The notes: generated by a model from the sequence alone, not told the origin. A stretch of 64,000 nucleotides of DNA from Entomortierella parvispora E1425 (GCA_020891255.1 BQFW01000002.1:1426001-1490000), one strand, 5' to 3'; counted from the first letter of the stretch, positions 12,229 to 24,589 are shown. Numbers and translations: made by a program.

Positions 12229-13342
12229 TTAATCGAAGAGACCTAAAAGGGTTGAGAAAAGAGCGGGGAAAAAATGTCAGTCATCCGAGTTTTTCAAAGG
12301 ATCACACTCATAATAAACACAATCCTTGGAGCCAAAAAACATACCGAATCCCATATCGTCATCAGACTCCTCCTTGGCCTCCTCCTTCTTCTCCTCGGCC
12401 TTCTCCTCAGCAGCGGCGGCACCACCAGCGGCGGCGACGGCACCACCAGCGGGGGCAGAGCCAGCAGCTCCGACGTTGGAGAGCATGGCCTCGACGTCCT
12501 TACCGGCGAGGGCCTTGGCGAACAAAGAGGTCCAGATGGACTCGACCTCGACGTTGGCAGCCTTCAAGAGGGTCTGGAGCTTGTCGGACTGTTGGGGGAA
12601 AAAAAAGAGGGTAAAAGGGTAAGTCTGAGGTTCCTTTTTCCAGTTTTTTTTCTTTCTTGTTGGTCACTTCAACAGTCGGATCCTGAGAGAGTGAAGAGTG
12701 CAGGAGTATCTGTTGGGTGTGTCTGATTCATTGCTGGTGGTCATTGAAAAGTCAAATAGAGTCGGTCAAAAAGATTTGACGGATCCAGATGACTCCAGTA
12801 GAATGTCCCAGGTCAGCCCCGTTGATTAGATCCGACTGCGTCCTCATTGTTTGTCTGCGCCTCTGAATCTGTTGGTTGTATCAAGACTCCTTTTTTTTTT
12901 CCTGCCGCAGTTGAAAGATTGCCACAAGTAAAAAAAAGTCCCATCTTTGGATTTCGTAGTCTTGATGACGATGATGGTCCTCGATCATCTGGGCAGCGAT
13001 CCATCCTGGTGATGAGGATCGAGTTGTTGAACGACAAAGCGAGGTGAGGTTGAATGTTGCCAGAGTGGGCAACTAACTGTCTGCAGGTACAGATGGTCGA
13101 GTCCAAGCCAGGGTCGAGGGTGAGAAGCCCTAAGTTGGGTTTGTATCCATTTTTTTCCAGATATCGATGAGCCATCCATCCAGAGCGGTGGGGTTTGCGG
13201 GTGCATCCATGCGCCAGACAGGTGGGGGCGATGGATGGGATCCTGGAGAGACGGATAGAATGGGCCGATACTTAACGGTGATCTCGACGTTGTCGTCGGC
13301 GAGGATCAAGGCAGCGTAGCTGGTAGCAAGTTCAGCGGACAT
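12229..13342 (-). CDS. RPP1: 60S acidic ribosomal protein P1 (3 exons: 13342-13277, 12588-~12344, 12242-12229)
   Basis: [22 protein letters not shown] / [27 protein letters not shown]...[10 protein letters not shown] / LFD, the canonical P-protein C-terminus. Confidence 0.97.
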
Positions 13343-13560
13343 GGTTGATCGAACTTTGAGTGAAAGAGAAGGAGCTACGACGGCTCTGTGGCGGGCGGGA
13401 ATAAATTGGACTTTGATTTGGTGTTAAGGGGCCTCTGCCTCGGCTTCTCATTGGCTGGCTCCTTTTGCGGTGTTCCTTCCACTCTTTCTCCCTTGGCTCC
13501 ATTCCACCCCTTCTCTTTCCTGTGCCTTCATTCATTCACTCACTCACTCACACAACAACA
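13343..13560. promoter_or_regulatory. 218-bp bidirectional promoter region, RPP1 / NIF3
   Basis: Divergent start codons at 13342 and 13561; ATTGG (CCAAT-like) elements within. Confidence 0.5.
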
Positions 13561-14939
13561 ATGGCTCTCCTTGCACGCGTCATGAAGAGCATGGAGCGCA
13601 TTGCTCCCCAGAGTCTGGCCGAACATGCCTGGGACAATGTTGGACTTCTTGTCGGTAACGACCTTCATACATGACGTTCCTGGGGGAAAGAACTCGACTC
13701 GGTCTTTTTCACGCTTTATCGCAGTTATCTAACCTTGCAAATCACCTTTGTAATTCTTGTTATTCAGAGGCCCCTTATCCTCGCACAAGAGTCGCTTCCA
13801 ACACTCCTCAGCGCGTCTTCTTGACCATTGACTTTACTACCGCCGTTGTCGATGAGGCCCTCAACGATCCATCCGTTGGAGTGATCATCGCGTACCGTAC
13901 GTAAAAAATGAAACGCTATCGACACCTCTTTGATGAAAACCGGTCTTGCTGATACTTTTGTATGAATGCCCAATAGATCCACCCATCTTCCGTGGACTCA
14001 AGCGCTTGCAATTGAAGGATACAAAACAAAGGATGGTTCTGCAGTGTGCGGCCAAGGGTGTCAGCGTGTTTTCGCCTCACACTTCCTGCGACTCTTGCGA
14101 TGATGGAGGTAAGTGGGAGGATAGTGTAATGCCTCTAATCCTTATAATTGCGGTGGATCATGGTTGTTCAATGAAACTAACATTAAGGTCCTTTTTCAAA
14201 CAGTGAACGATTGGCTTCTGAAGGGCTTTGGAAAGGCTGGAAGCATCAAGACATATGTTCCTGCTGCTGATCCACCAGAAGGTAGGCATTGAGAGAGAGG
14301 CATTTTACCTTCAACTGCCCTGATTGAGAGCATGCAGGAGTTCTGAAGTTCCGATGGATCTCGCAAGCCTCTTGCTAATGCAATATTGATATCATAAAAA
14401 AACAGGCCATCCTTCCTCTGGCAAGGGGCGTATGTTTACTTTTGACAAGCCTCAACCCGTTCAGGAAGTCATTGATCAGATCAAGCGTCATTTGGGCATG
14501 ACCCAGGGTAAGCTTGAGCGCTCTACGCCGTTTCTTGCTGATCGTCATTGAGGTTACTGTTTTCTTTAGTCGCGCTTGTTCTAATCCACTGTTTCGTACT
14601 CTGTACCATTTTTTCCCTTTAGTTCGTGGAGCGATTCATCCTACACATGCCAACAATGAGCGACTTATCTCGACTGTCGGCGTTTGGGCTGGCTCAGGAT
14701 CCGAAATGATGGGCCACCCAGCAGACCTCTACCTGACGGGTGAGCTTGGTCATCACGATGTTCTCGAGGCATTGGAACGACAGAGCACGGTGATCCTCTG
14801 CGAACACTCCAACACAGAGCGTGGCTACTTGAGGGATATCCTCAAGGGCAAGTTGGAAAGCATGTTGTCCGAGGATGGTGGTGAACCTGTCGAGGTGATT
14901 GTCAGCACGACAGACAAGGATCCTTTGGTGATTGTCTAA
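13561..14939 (+). CDS. NIF3: NIF3 family protein (GTP cyclohydrolase I type 2 / NIF3L1-like), multi-exon
   Basis: APQSLAEHAWDNVGLLV, LTIDFT..VV.EA, HPPIFRGLK, FSPHTSCD, YLTGELGHHDVL, CEHSNTERGYL. Confidence 0.95.
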
Positions 14940-15321
14940 AATGGTATCCTTCTTTTAGACTGCAAGATGATCCCCATTACCATGTTGACGTGTTGCTGAC
15001 ATCAAGAAAAAAAAATAAAACTGGCAATCCTTTTCCAATCATAAGGTGCAGATAAACTGATGGAGCTGATCCTCCCTCTATGCATTGGGGTTGGATCTCG
15101 TATGGCAACCCCGGCTTTCACTAAAGCAAGCTCACTGGGCATTCATATCTTCGTCAAGGGACTGGCAGGTAATGGTGAAGGTCAAGAATTTATTCGCTAT
15201 CACCAGTCAAAATATACATTAAAATAGTACAAGTAGGAGTTGGAGAAAAGGTAAGGAGTAAAATAAGGCAGAGAATCAATCCTCCTTCCTCTCCGTGGAG
15301 CGACTACGTTCGTCAAGTAAC

Positions 15322-15690
15322 TTAGACAACAGCACCTCCACGACGACCAGCGCGACGACGGCCTCCGCAGCAGCAGCGGGTAAAGATCCACGCAATAATG
15401 AAGATAGCAGCAAGGACAACGAAGATGTGCTTGAGACCTGCGGTGTCACCGATGTGGACGACACCGGCCATGCCCAAGATCCAGATGATCAAAAGGATAA
15501 TACCGACGACAACAAGACCGTCCTATTTTTTTTTTTGTGTGTGATATGGAGATGGGCCAGTTAGTTTATGAAGAGAGTGCAAGAAGCAAAGGTCGATTGG
15601 GGCTGTGTGTGTGGGGGGGGGGGGGGGGGGGGGCGGATAGGATGCCAACAGCCAACATACCCAGGCAATGCATTCAATGGCGCCGCACAT
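15322..15690 (-). CDS. Spliced 76-aa two-TM membrane microprotein, lmo0937/DUF5670-like; absent from the ORF track
   Basis: Exon 1 15690-15661 (MCGAIECIAW), GTATGT donor, ACTAAC branch point, TAG acceptor at 15523, exon 2 15522-15322 (DGLVVVGIILLIIWILGMAGVVHIGDTAGLKHIFVVLAAIFIIAWIFTRCCCGGRRRAGRRGGAVV*). Confidence 0.85.
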
Positions 15691-16587
15691 GTTGTATTAT
15701 TTGTTGTTGTTAAGAGTGAAGGTAGGGGAAAAGGGAAGAAGAGATGATGAGAAGAGTAGATTAGGAATAATGAAAAGAAAGAGGAGATTGGCAGGGGGTT
15801 TTATAGTCGCCAAGAAAGTGAAAAAAATAGAGCTGAGTCCTCGTTGTCCTCCATCACCACACGGTCATTTCTTCAGGTACAGATATTAAGGAGAAAAAAG
15901 TACGAGAGCAAACGAAAAGGAACAGGGCCAGGGCGCTCAATAATGAATAGACGTCCGCCCAATCAAAAGAGCACCGCGCTCGGTCATTACCACCACACTT
16001 CAATTGCCATTACGCTCAGCCGTCTGGGCCCTCTCCACTTGTCCAAGTAGTTTGGCCAATTACGCTCATTCTTGCAGTACGTAAGGAGGGAAAGAAAAGA
16101 TGGAAACAACAACAACGATGACGGCTGTAAGTCATAATGGTGATGATGACCGATCCGGATCTCATTCTGGTGCATACCGTCAGATCAGGAAGGACAAAAG
16201 TGGAGGCGTACGTTCCTGCAGTGCACGGAAAAGAGAAAAGACACAGTTTGTTTGCATTTAGCTCATCCAGTCTTTGCTCTTTTTTTGTCCAGCTGCCCCA
16301 GCAGTACAGGTCGTCATAGTGATTGTTCACACTCTCCCCGCACAAACAGGTTCTTGATATTAACCTTCTTTCCTCTTGACTTCATAAACCCATCGCTGTT
16401 TTCCTCTCCAGAGAAGCTACTTTGCGCCAAGGACGGCAGTTGGTTCCATGCAACCAATTCATGGGAAAACGAAGCAAAAAAAAAAAATCAAAAAAATTAC
16501 AAAATCAAATATCCTAAAATGAGGTCATCCTGACAGCAGCTGGACATTTTTGTTCCATTTAGAGTTGCGCCACAAGAGCAGGGCCCT

Positions 16588-18717
16588 TTATTGCAAACCA
16601 CTATCCATCGAGGATGCCCCTTCGTTGTCGACCCCTGTGGATGGCTCGTTTCCAGTGGCCACGTCAGTGTCGCTCCACCGTAGACCGTTGACATACCAAG
16701 CAAGCGCACCAGGAATTGACCAAAGTCGAATCGAGTTATCAATAGTGTCTTCTAAGGGCAGAGTTTCGACTGTCCTTGACGTGCTCGCATCTGTGGTTGC
16801 AAGATCAGACTCAGAGTCAGAGATGTCGCTATCGGATTCGGATTCGGAATCGAGGGCCAGCTCGTATTTACGCTGCCCAGAGCTGGTTGCAAGCAGGGTA
16901 CCACTAGGGTGGAATGTAGCAGTCGACACAACATCTATATGTACACGAGCGGTTAGAACGCAAGGGGGAGGGCTGATGCTCCATTGCTGACTTTTGTGTT
17001 TGAGTACATACCATCGTGTGCGTGGAAGCGCGCCGACAATCTATCCGCTTCAGAGTCTGCACGATTGGCCAAGTCAAAGAAAGAGACATCGCCATTCATA
17101 TCACCAGTAGAGAGCCAACGACCGTCGAATGATATGTCAAAGCTGATTCGCTGGTTGGTTTTCTCCCCTGGTCTTTCCAGTCGGTAAAGGACATTGGCGG
17201 TATTGCGAATATCCCAGCATCGAATATACGAATCCATCCTAGAGGCAGAGTATAGGTACAATCCGTCCGGTGAAAACTTCAGATCCGTTAATCCACCCAT
17301 TGGTGATGAGGCAGATTGTTGAGTGTTTGTTGACTGCCCTAGGTCACCAGTTTTTTTGTTAGGTCGGTGGCTCTTGTCCCGCAAGAGCATCAGCAGCTCA
17401 TTGGCTCTAGCATCGTATAGTCCTATAGTCTTCAGATATGATCCTGCTGCATAGAGATCGGAGTAATCTGGGTTGAAGGCAAGACAAGATATCACCCCTT
17501 TTTGACCCTTTTTACTCTTCCGCGTCGGTACTGTGGGGTGCTTCTCGTTATCCTTGCCTGGCCGGGATGTGTCAAAAATTTGAACCATATTGTTTGACCC
17601 GCAATAAATCCTAATGTGGAGAGTCAAAGGGTTTGCAGTTGTCAATTGATTTGTACTTCGCCTCATCCAATCCTCGTTCATTGCTCACTTACTTTGATCC
17701 GTCCAGGCTGAAGCAAATGGCAGTAGGGGCAACATTGACCTCACAGTGGTCAACTATAGTGTACGAGCATCTCAGCTTTGGCAGAAGAGTCAGCCTGGAA
17801 TATATCGGAAATTTCAAATCCAGAGAGGCACATATGTATCACGAACTTACTTCGCCAGTGAATGCATCCCAGAGATGAACAGGATGGTCCCTACTGGAGG
17901 ACAGCACGCAACATGTTGCAGGGTCCTGTCTTGACATCTGAGGATACCAGCACATGTCGTACACAACTTCACCTTCTCTGATCAACATGCCGGTCTCCAA
18001 TTGGGTATCTAGGCTCATTTATCGTCAATAGAATGGCATGAGTATACTGTAGGGTTAGTCGTTGAGTTGTCTTTTGACTTCACTCTTTACTTACCATCTG
18101 GGTTTACCGCCAGATCTGGACTAAAATAAGCAAGTGGAGATGATCAATCAGCCTAAGTATTGCTTCATTGCAAAATGTCATGGTCACCAGTCCCAGCTAA
18201 CTTACAGAGCAGTTATCCGTAAGCAGTTGTCGTTTGACGAGGAAAGAAGGCAGCTACCGTCTGGAGACCTGTTTTCGTAAACATGGAGATGTTAATCCAC
18301 CGAAATTCATTGTAATTGCTTGATTTTCCATTATCGGGGTCAAATCCTCTCGACAGATTACCATTTTGTAGCCTTGAAATAGTTGTTCTCGCGCCCATTA
18401 GTCATTTTGACCATGTCATCCCTAATCCCCATACGGAGCCTGCTTTCACCCACGGTCGAGTTGAAGGCAGACTTTGTAGAAAAGGATTTGACAATACCAT
18501 ATCGATCCTTGGAGCTGTCGAAAACACATTCGTAGGCTTGATAGGTTTGAGAAGTCCATGCCCCTGAGGACTCTGCTGCCTCCTGTGCTTGGTGAGGGGT
18601 CGCGGTGCTGTCATGGATCAGGTCAGACGCAACTTCCGTGTTGGTGGCGTTATCCTCGTACGACGGCACCGACACAGAGTCTGTGTCCATTTTGTCGAGA
18701 TGTATTGAGTCAACCAT
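16588..18717 (-). CDS. WRAP53: Telomerase Cajal body protein 1 (TCAB1/WRAP53, Swt21-like) WD40 protein, multi-exon
   Basis: NYFKATKWSPDGSCLLSSSND, SSRDHPVHLWDAFTGE, IFDTSRPG, KGQKGVISCLAF, TNQRISFDI, TATFHPSGTLLATSSGQR. Confidence 0.92.
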
Positions 18718-19023
18718 GCCAGTAATGCACGAAGATTAGATCGTCTTTCCTGTCAATGTGTTTTCCTGGAGGGTTCAATGCTGTCGGTCGTTCCTGGATC
18801 GGTGGCAATGGAATGGGACAAGATCCGCCCATGCGAGGCTCAGAAAGAAAAAGGTTAATCTCAAAGCGTGACTGGTGGTCCCAGACATGCACTTTGTCCT
18901 TGGACATCTTTTCGTTCTTTTTTCTCTTTTTCACACACATCTTTCTTCAGCAAGCAGGAATCCCCCTCACAAAGACTTCTAGAAGACAGCCTCGAACAAA
19001 AGGGATACAAACGAATTCACATC

Positions 19024-19585
19024 ATGGAAACCGGCATCAACAACATCCTAGCCAAGCTGTAAGACGATTGCATTCAGTCACTTTGGTCAATCGACTCAAC
19101 ACTTACCTCTCCTGTTCACTTCTTTTCCAACCGCGATATTAGTACCGAGTCGGAGGGCGTCATTGGCGTCCTGATTGCTGATGAACATGGACTCTGCCTT
19201 GGAGGCATGTCTTGACCTTATTTGGAAGCCCCTTTCCAGGTTTATCATACCGGGATGGCAACTCACAATCTTCACCTTCTTTTCAACTTAGCTCGCGGCA
19301 TTGCAAAGGCGTCGTCCGCCGGATTCATCGCTTCTATCGCTACCCATGCAAGAGAATTGACAGAAATGAAGGGCCGCTCAGACTCCAAAGAAGACACACC
19401 AACCATTTCGGTCGAATACGGAAACAGGTAAAGGATACTCAAAGATAGTTCACCCATGGTCGTCTCGGAGGAACATTAGTATCTAACAAAGGAGAACCTC
19501 TGTCCCTTCTCTTTCACTTCACTACTACAGTACGATATTGATCAGGAGCGAAGGCAACCATACACTGGCGGTATGGAAGAGCTGA
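19024..19585 (+). CDS. LAMTOR5: Ragulator complex subunit LAMTOR5 (HBXIP-like); 4 exons, intron 2 is GC-AG
   Basis: METGINNILAKL/TESEGVIGVLIADEHGLCLG/ARGIAKASSAGFIASIATHARELT...PTISVEYGN/STILIRSEGNHTLAVWKS, a roadblock-fold pattern matching LAMTOR5. Confidence 0.85.
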
Positions 19586-20053
19586 GAAGGATAACGGGAT
19601 ATATAGAACACACAATCAAACCACCCCTGCAGGGACTATATCCAGAGGCAACCCAAACAGGGCTCCCAGTTTCTTTTGAAAATGAATCTACTCACAGTAG
19701 TACCAGTGTCCAGTGAACATGGTTCTGTATTTTGTGCTTGCTAAGAAGTTCAAGGCGACATGGCTTTTGATGACCCATGAGTGCACCCGTCTCGAGTGGT
19801 ATCGAGCAGTAGTTATAAGCCATCGAGCTGTTAGAGATATCAGACAGGTATCTGGAAGGTTACTTTCTCTCTCTTTCAATTCTCGACTCAATTTTATTTC
19901 ATCGTACAAAAAATCAGAAGAGAAAAGGGCAAAGGAATGTGGTCGCAATATCTCTGTTTCTGCATGAGCTGGCTTGTTTCGAGACCTTGTCTTGTCGGGG
20001 GGTCGTAAGATACTCGGTAAGACACGAGGGGGTTGGATAAACTCGAATGTTAG

Positions 20054-21115
20054 GAAACCCGTGCGGCGACAGAAGATCCTTGTTTCTTGAGAGGTTGCAA
20101 GGTGTGCCTCATTGATTCGTTCTTGTGGTGTACGGGGCTACGATCCAACCTAGAGGTTTCTTGAACAGAAGACGCTCTAGACGGGAACGTAGCCCCTCTT
20201 CAGTGGAGCATCGACATAGTTCGCAAGGTTTGAAGTGCCCACTCGTCTGTGGTGATAGACAAGGACCCGGTTCTTTATGGAAAAGTGTGAAGGATAAAGA
20301 TATAAACTTGACGGGGAGCATTGTTCCTTTTATAGCTAAGAGAGCGACTGCGACTGGAGGCGCAAGTGAGGGATACTTTGGAAAGACCATACCACGGCGG
20401 TCGTGGAGGCGTAACATGTTCCAAAGCAAAGATGAGCTCTCTAAAAGAATGTGGCCAACACTGCTCTTTTTCGGAGGCGCGGAAATCTCAGGCGCGTGCC
20501 ACTGCATTGATTTTGCTCTCTGGTCAAGAAAAGGTCTTTGACGATGTAGAAATAGTCTATCTCCCTTGATTCCTGCTGTGCCCCCAAAAGAGACAAGAGA
20601 GCCACTCTGGGCCACTTCCACACGCCGGTATTCAACGCGGTCGGTGTTCATCTTAAGACACGAATAATTGCTAAACCTCCTGCTGTCCTGTTTAACAAGT
20701 CTTCGAAAGCCCAACAATCATCGACGACATATTGGCTGTTGGCTGCGAAGGGTACGACACTCACCAAAATTAGCAATGTCAGTAACGGCACTGGTGCAAT
20801 GTTGTTCAGGATATACTAATTCATTCACATTTACAGCAGATATTTCTTTCTTTTCAACCTCTATAAGTTTACCTTTTTCTTGCATGGAGTCGTTTGATAC
20901 TCGGGAAGGTGCGAGTAACTGGACAAGGCGTATTCAAGTGGTGAGAAACTCGTGCAAGGACAGAAGATCCTTGTTACTTGAGAGGGTACAAGGTATGCCT
21001 GGCATTGACTCGTTATTGTGGTGACTGGACTGTGAGGTTTTTTGAAAAAAGGACTCGTCTGCGGTAATTGACGAGGATCTGGTCCTTTTTTCTTCCAAAG
21101 TGTGAGGGACAGAGA
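20054..21115. repeat. Pair of diverged direct repeats (about 20054-20300 and about 20945-21115) in an unannotated 1.8-kb gap
   Basis: Shared blocks such as GACAGAAGATCCTTGTT(T/A)CTTGAGAGG..CAAGGT.TGCCT and ACTCGTCTG.GGT..T.GAC.AGGA..GGT..TT...AAAGTGTGA.GGA. Confidence 0.8.
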
Positions 21116-21380
21116 GTGCATCTTTTCACAGTGGGAAGAACGTTTCCGAAGCACTAGCATCAGAAGATCAAGTCGTAGAACTGTGGCCTAGACCAGCAAA
21201 AATCTTTCAACTTGTGCCTTTCATGCAGGCGCGGCAGTTTCATTGGAGGTTTGGACCTTTTTTTTTTGCTTGTCCATGCCATGCCTCCGAGCGCGCTCCA
21301 TCACGTGACCATATTTGACGTTTATTCTCTCCCTTCCTGTGAATGTTCGCCAGGCCATCCCATGCAACAACGATGCGACA

Positions 21381-22517
21381 ATGGACTGGTCGCAGGTAAG
21401 CGAACAGCCACAGCTCTGGTGCTTTACAAGAATATTAAATGTTAAAATGTTGAAATGACTGACCACTGAATCGGATTACCACCTCAAGATTGATCGATGG
21501 CTCCAAAACAAGTACGGTTCAGAGGTGATCCCGTCCTTTGAACGGACAGAGGAGTCTGGCAGAGTATTGTCTGAGCTCATGAAACTCAACGAGGCTCAGG
21601 ATTCTCAAGCCAAGAAGGCCATCACGGCCCTCCGTCAACTATCGTCGTCCTATAGAAGAGAAGGTTTGTCAACAAGTTCTTGACTAAGTTTGTCGATCGA
21701 TGGAAACAAGTTCTTCGGTGTGATAATCCCAGCAGCAGTGCTCACCTTGTAGCATCTTGTCTTTACTCTCGTCTCGTTGGTAGACACAAGGTTAAAAGAG
21801 GTCCTGATGCTGTTTGATTTGCACCGGGAAAATCTGCCAGCAGAGACTCTAAGGCAGCTCGCTGATCTTGCGGATCTGGCCATGATCCTGGGCTTGGATG
21901 ACACTCGATTGGAGAGTTTCCAGGCAGGACTCTCTCAACTTCATTTGGATCTGATATACCACACTCGGGCGCAAAGGCTACAGGAGGCACGTCTTGAATC
22001 AATAGAAAGATCCCAGGAAAAGGCACAAAGGGACGTGGAGGATCTGCGCGAACTGCAACATCGTTGGATGGAAGAAAGAGAATCGACGGGTGATATGGAG
22101 TTACGGACGAGACGGCGGAGCACAGAGCTAAGCAAGATACACTCTGCAGAGGACGAAGTTCAATTGCAGAATCTGGAAAAGAGACAACGGGAAGAAGGAT
22201 TGGATGTGAATGCACAGGGATTGTCCGTTTCACAATTGGAGGCCAGCGAACGACGTGTTCACGAATACCAAGAGCAAGTGGAAGCCCAAAACAAGATGCT
22301 CTCTGCCTACCAACAATTGCCGCCGGTAAGTTGGTTCTTCTCATCAGTCTTCTCTTGGCGAAAGATCTTTGTTGTTTGCTGACGTTAGCTTTCCGGACTG
22401 TTTCTTTCTCAGGATTACTCGCTGGCTACGCTCAAGGTCCGAGAGGCAACCATGAAGCTAGACGAACTGTCTGCAGAACACGAATCGTTGGTGGGAAGGA
22501 TGGCTGATAGTCTCTGA
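21381..22517 (+). CDS. HAUS1: Augmin (HAUS) complex subunit 1, 4 exons
   Basis: MDWSQ/IDRWLQNKYGSEVIPSFERT...LSELMKLNE; LADLAMILGLDDT; AYQQLPP/DYSLATLKVREA..KLDEL, matching the HAUS1 family pattern. Upstream ATCACGTGAC at 21300. Confidence 0.8.
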
Positions 22518-22883
22518 CAGACATGCAGGTGGGGCAGGCCTTGCTTACAGCATGATCCAAAAAAAAAAAAAAAAAAAAAATAGACAGAAATTGCAAAAGG
22601 AAAACTTGTATTTTCCGCCAGCCAAAAAACAAGCGCGCGCGAGCCAACCAAAAAAAGTGGCGAATTTCTATTTTTCTTGTCGCTCGTGGTCCCTGCATTT
22701 TGCATCTTTCCACCCTCGCTTTTCCATTCCATCTCCACATCTGCTTGGCCACCCTTTCGTCTGCATCGCACCCCGACGCACATGCCGACTGTAGACACTG
22801 CATTAATACCTCTCTGAATCCATTCCATCCTCGACAACAACAACAACATCAACCACAAAAACGACCCGCCCAAGGAATTCACC

Positions 22884-24589
22884 ATGCTCTACTCGGTCTT
22901 CAGGGCCAGCTGGCGGGTAGCACACTACCTCTGCCTGTTGGCATTCCTCACCCTGGCCTTTGACGTCGGCAGAGACTGCGGTCTGGACTTCTCGCTCTGG
23001 CTGGTGTCCTGGTATGTGGCCACGGTGGTCCTACGACGCGTGTTTTCCCAGCAGGGACCAGTCAAAGTCGTGGTAAGAATAAGCAACACAAACGGCCTCG
23101 CCCACCCACTACAAACAACAACAACACACGGGGCGAGAGCAGCCAAAAAAAAATGTGCTCTGTTTGCACGTGAGGGCCAGCCCTGTGTACCCATCCCATG
23201 TGGGGCTTGATTCCTTGACTGATTGACACTGTTTCTCTCCTTCTCTTCTCATAGGTGAAGACCATGCGCATGGCGGAGCCAGTCGTCATCCTAGCCTTGC
23301 TCCTCCTGGCCATCTTCAGGGCAACAAAGGGCGGGAACACGGCTGCAGCAGGAGCTTCATCCCGCTGGATCTGGGAGGCCATCATCCGGGGATCAGACCC
23401 TGTGCTGACCCTGCTCGAGGGCTTTGGAACTGTCTTGATCATTCAAAAGTCTTCGCAGGTCGTTCGTCGACTTGCTAATCGGAGTGATGGTTACCAGGTA
23501 AAGAGCGGCTGAGAAATTGTGATCTCAATCTTTAATTTTTTTTGGCACCGGACGCCTACAGCCCAACTAAACTTCTTCATCCTTACTAGATGGCGTTCTT
23601 GGTTCTTTCTGCAACAGTGTACGTTATCTCTGCATTCGGCCTTTATCAGCTTTATGCGGCATCCTCGCCCGAGCTTGTGCCCAGTGTCAAGTCAGCGTCA
23701 GTCATCGGATGCTGCATGACCTTGACCATCGTCATTTCTATTGTTGCGTTGGCGTCAGGCAGAGGAGTCATCACCGACACAGCATTCTTGGTATGTGGGC
23801 TATCGCTGGACTCTTGACATTGATAATAACTATGACTGAGTGACACTATGACTGAGTGACTAATTTTTACTATTTTCTGGTTTGACAACAGTTTGCCTAC
23901 ATGGTCATGAGCATGTACATTGCAGCAAGAAACGAAGCAATTGAGAGTGCACCAACAAAGACAAGGATCATGCCTCTTCACAGCGCTATTGAATTTGGGC
24001 AGCTGTCAATTCCATATCTTCAAAGGTACTTACAGTTGAAGACTGATGTTTTTTTTCTGGCCGTATTCTTGACAGATTCCTCTTGCTAACACGGCCTTTT
24101 ATTTCTAGCCTTTCTTTGCAAGACGTGGAAAAGATTACTATCCAGACACTGGTTCATCTCTCTCAGCTTGTCCAAGTTCTCCTGAAAGCTCTTTCACCCA
24201 ACATCCTCATCAGCCTCGTATACCGTATGGGCGTCCTTATGGCTGTTGCTCAAATTGCACCGACTCTCAATATCGGTCAGGACGCCATTTCAGCCTCTTC
24301 GTCTTCGAACGGCCATGCATTCCGGAGGCGGAAATCAACTGATGACATTACAAGCCTTGACGACGACGACGATTCCAGTACTAATGGCGGAGTGATGCCC
24401 TTCCTCGCGAGCATGGCCAAGCCTGTTCTGTTGATGACCCATACCCGTATCCTACTGCAGTATTTCGGATATCTCAAACCAGCCTTGGCCATTTGGGGTT
24501 GGCTCAACAGTTTCTTGTGCCTGGCACTTTTTGCTGCAGAGTTGGTACTGGCTCGGGACGACGTCTGGGACCACTATAGGAGCGATTAA
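22884..24589 (+). CDS. ICE2: ER membrane protein ICE2 family, multi-exon
   Basis: FLTLAFDVGRDCGLDFSL, PVLTLLEGFGTVLIIQ, LSPNILISLVYRMGV, KPVLLMTHTRILLQYFG, WGWLNSFLCLALFAAEL. Confidence 0.85.

Noticed and set aside
15613-15633. G21 homopolymer (G-quadruplex candidate)
   Set aside because: It lies in the microprotein intron; homopolymers are common throughout this window and length may be a sequencing artefact.
23829-23860. Exact 16-bp tandem duplication ACTATGACTGAGTGAC x2
   Set aside because: Only two copies inside an ICE2 intron; a simple slippage duplication, not an array or a target-site duplication flanking an element.
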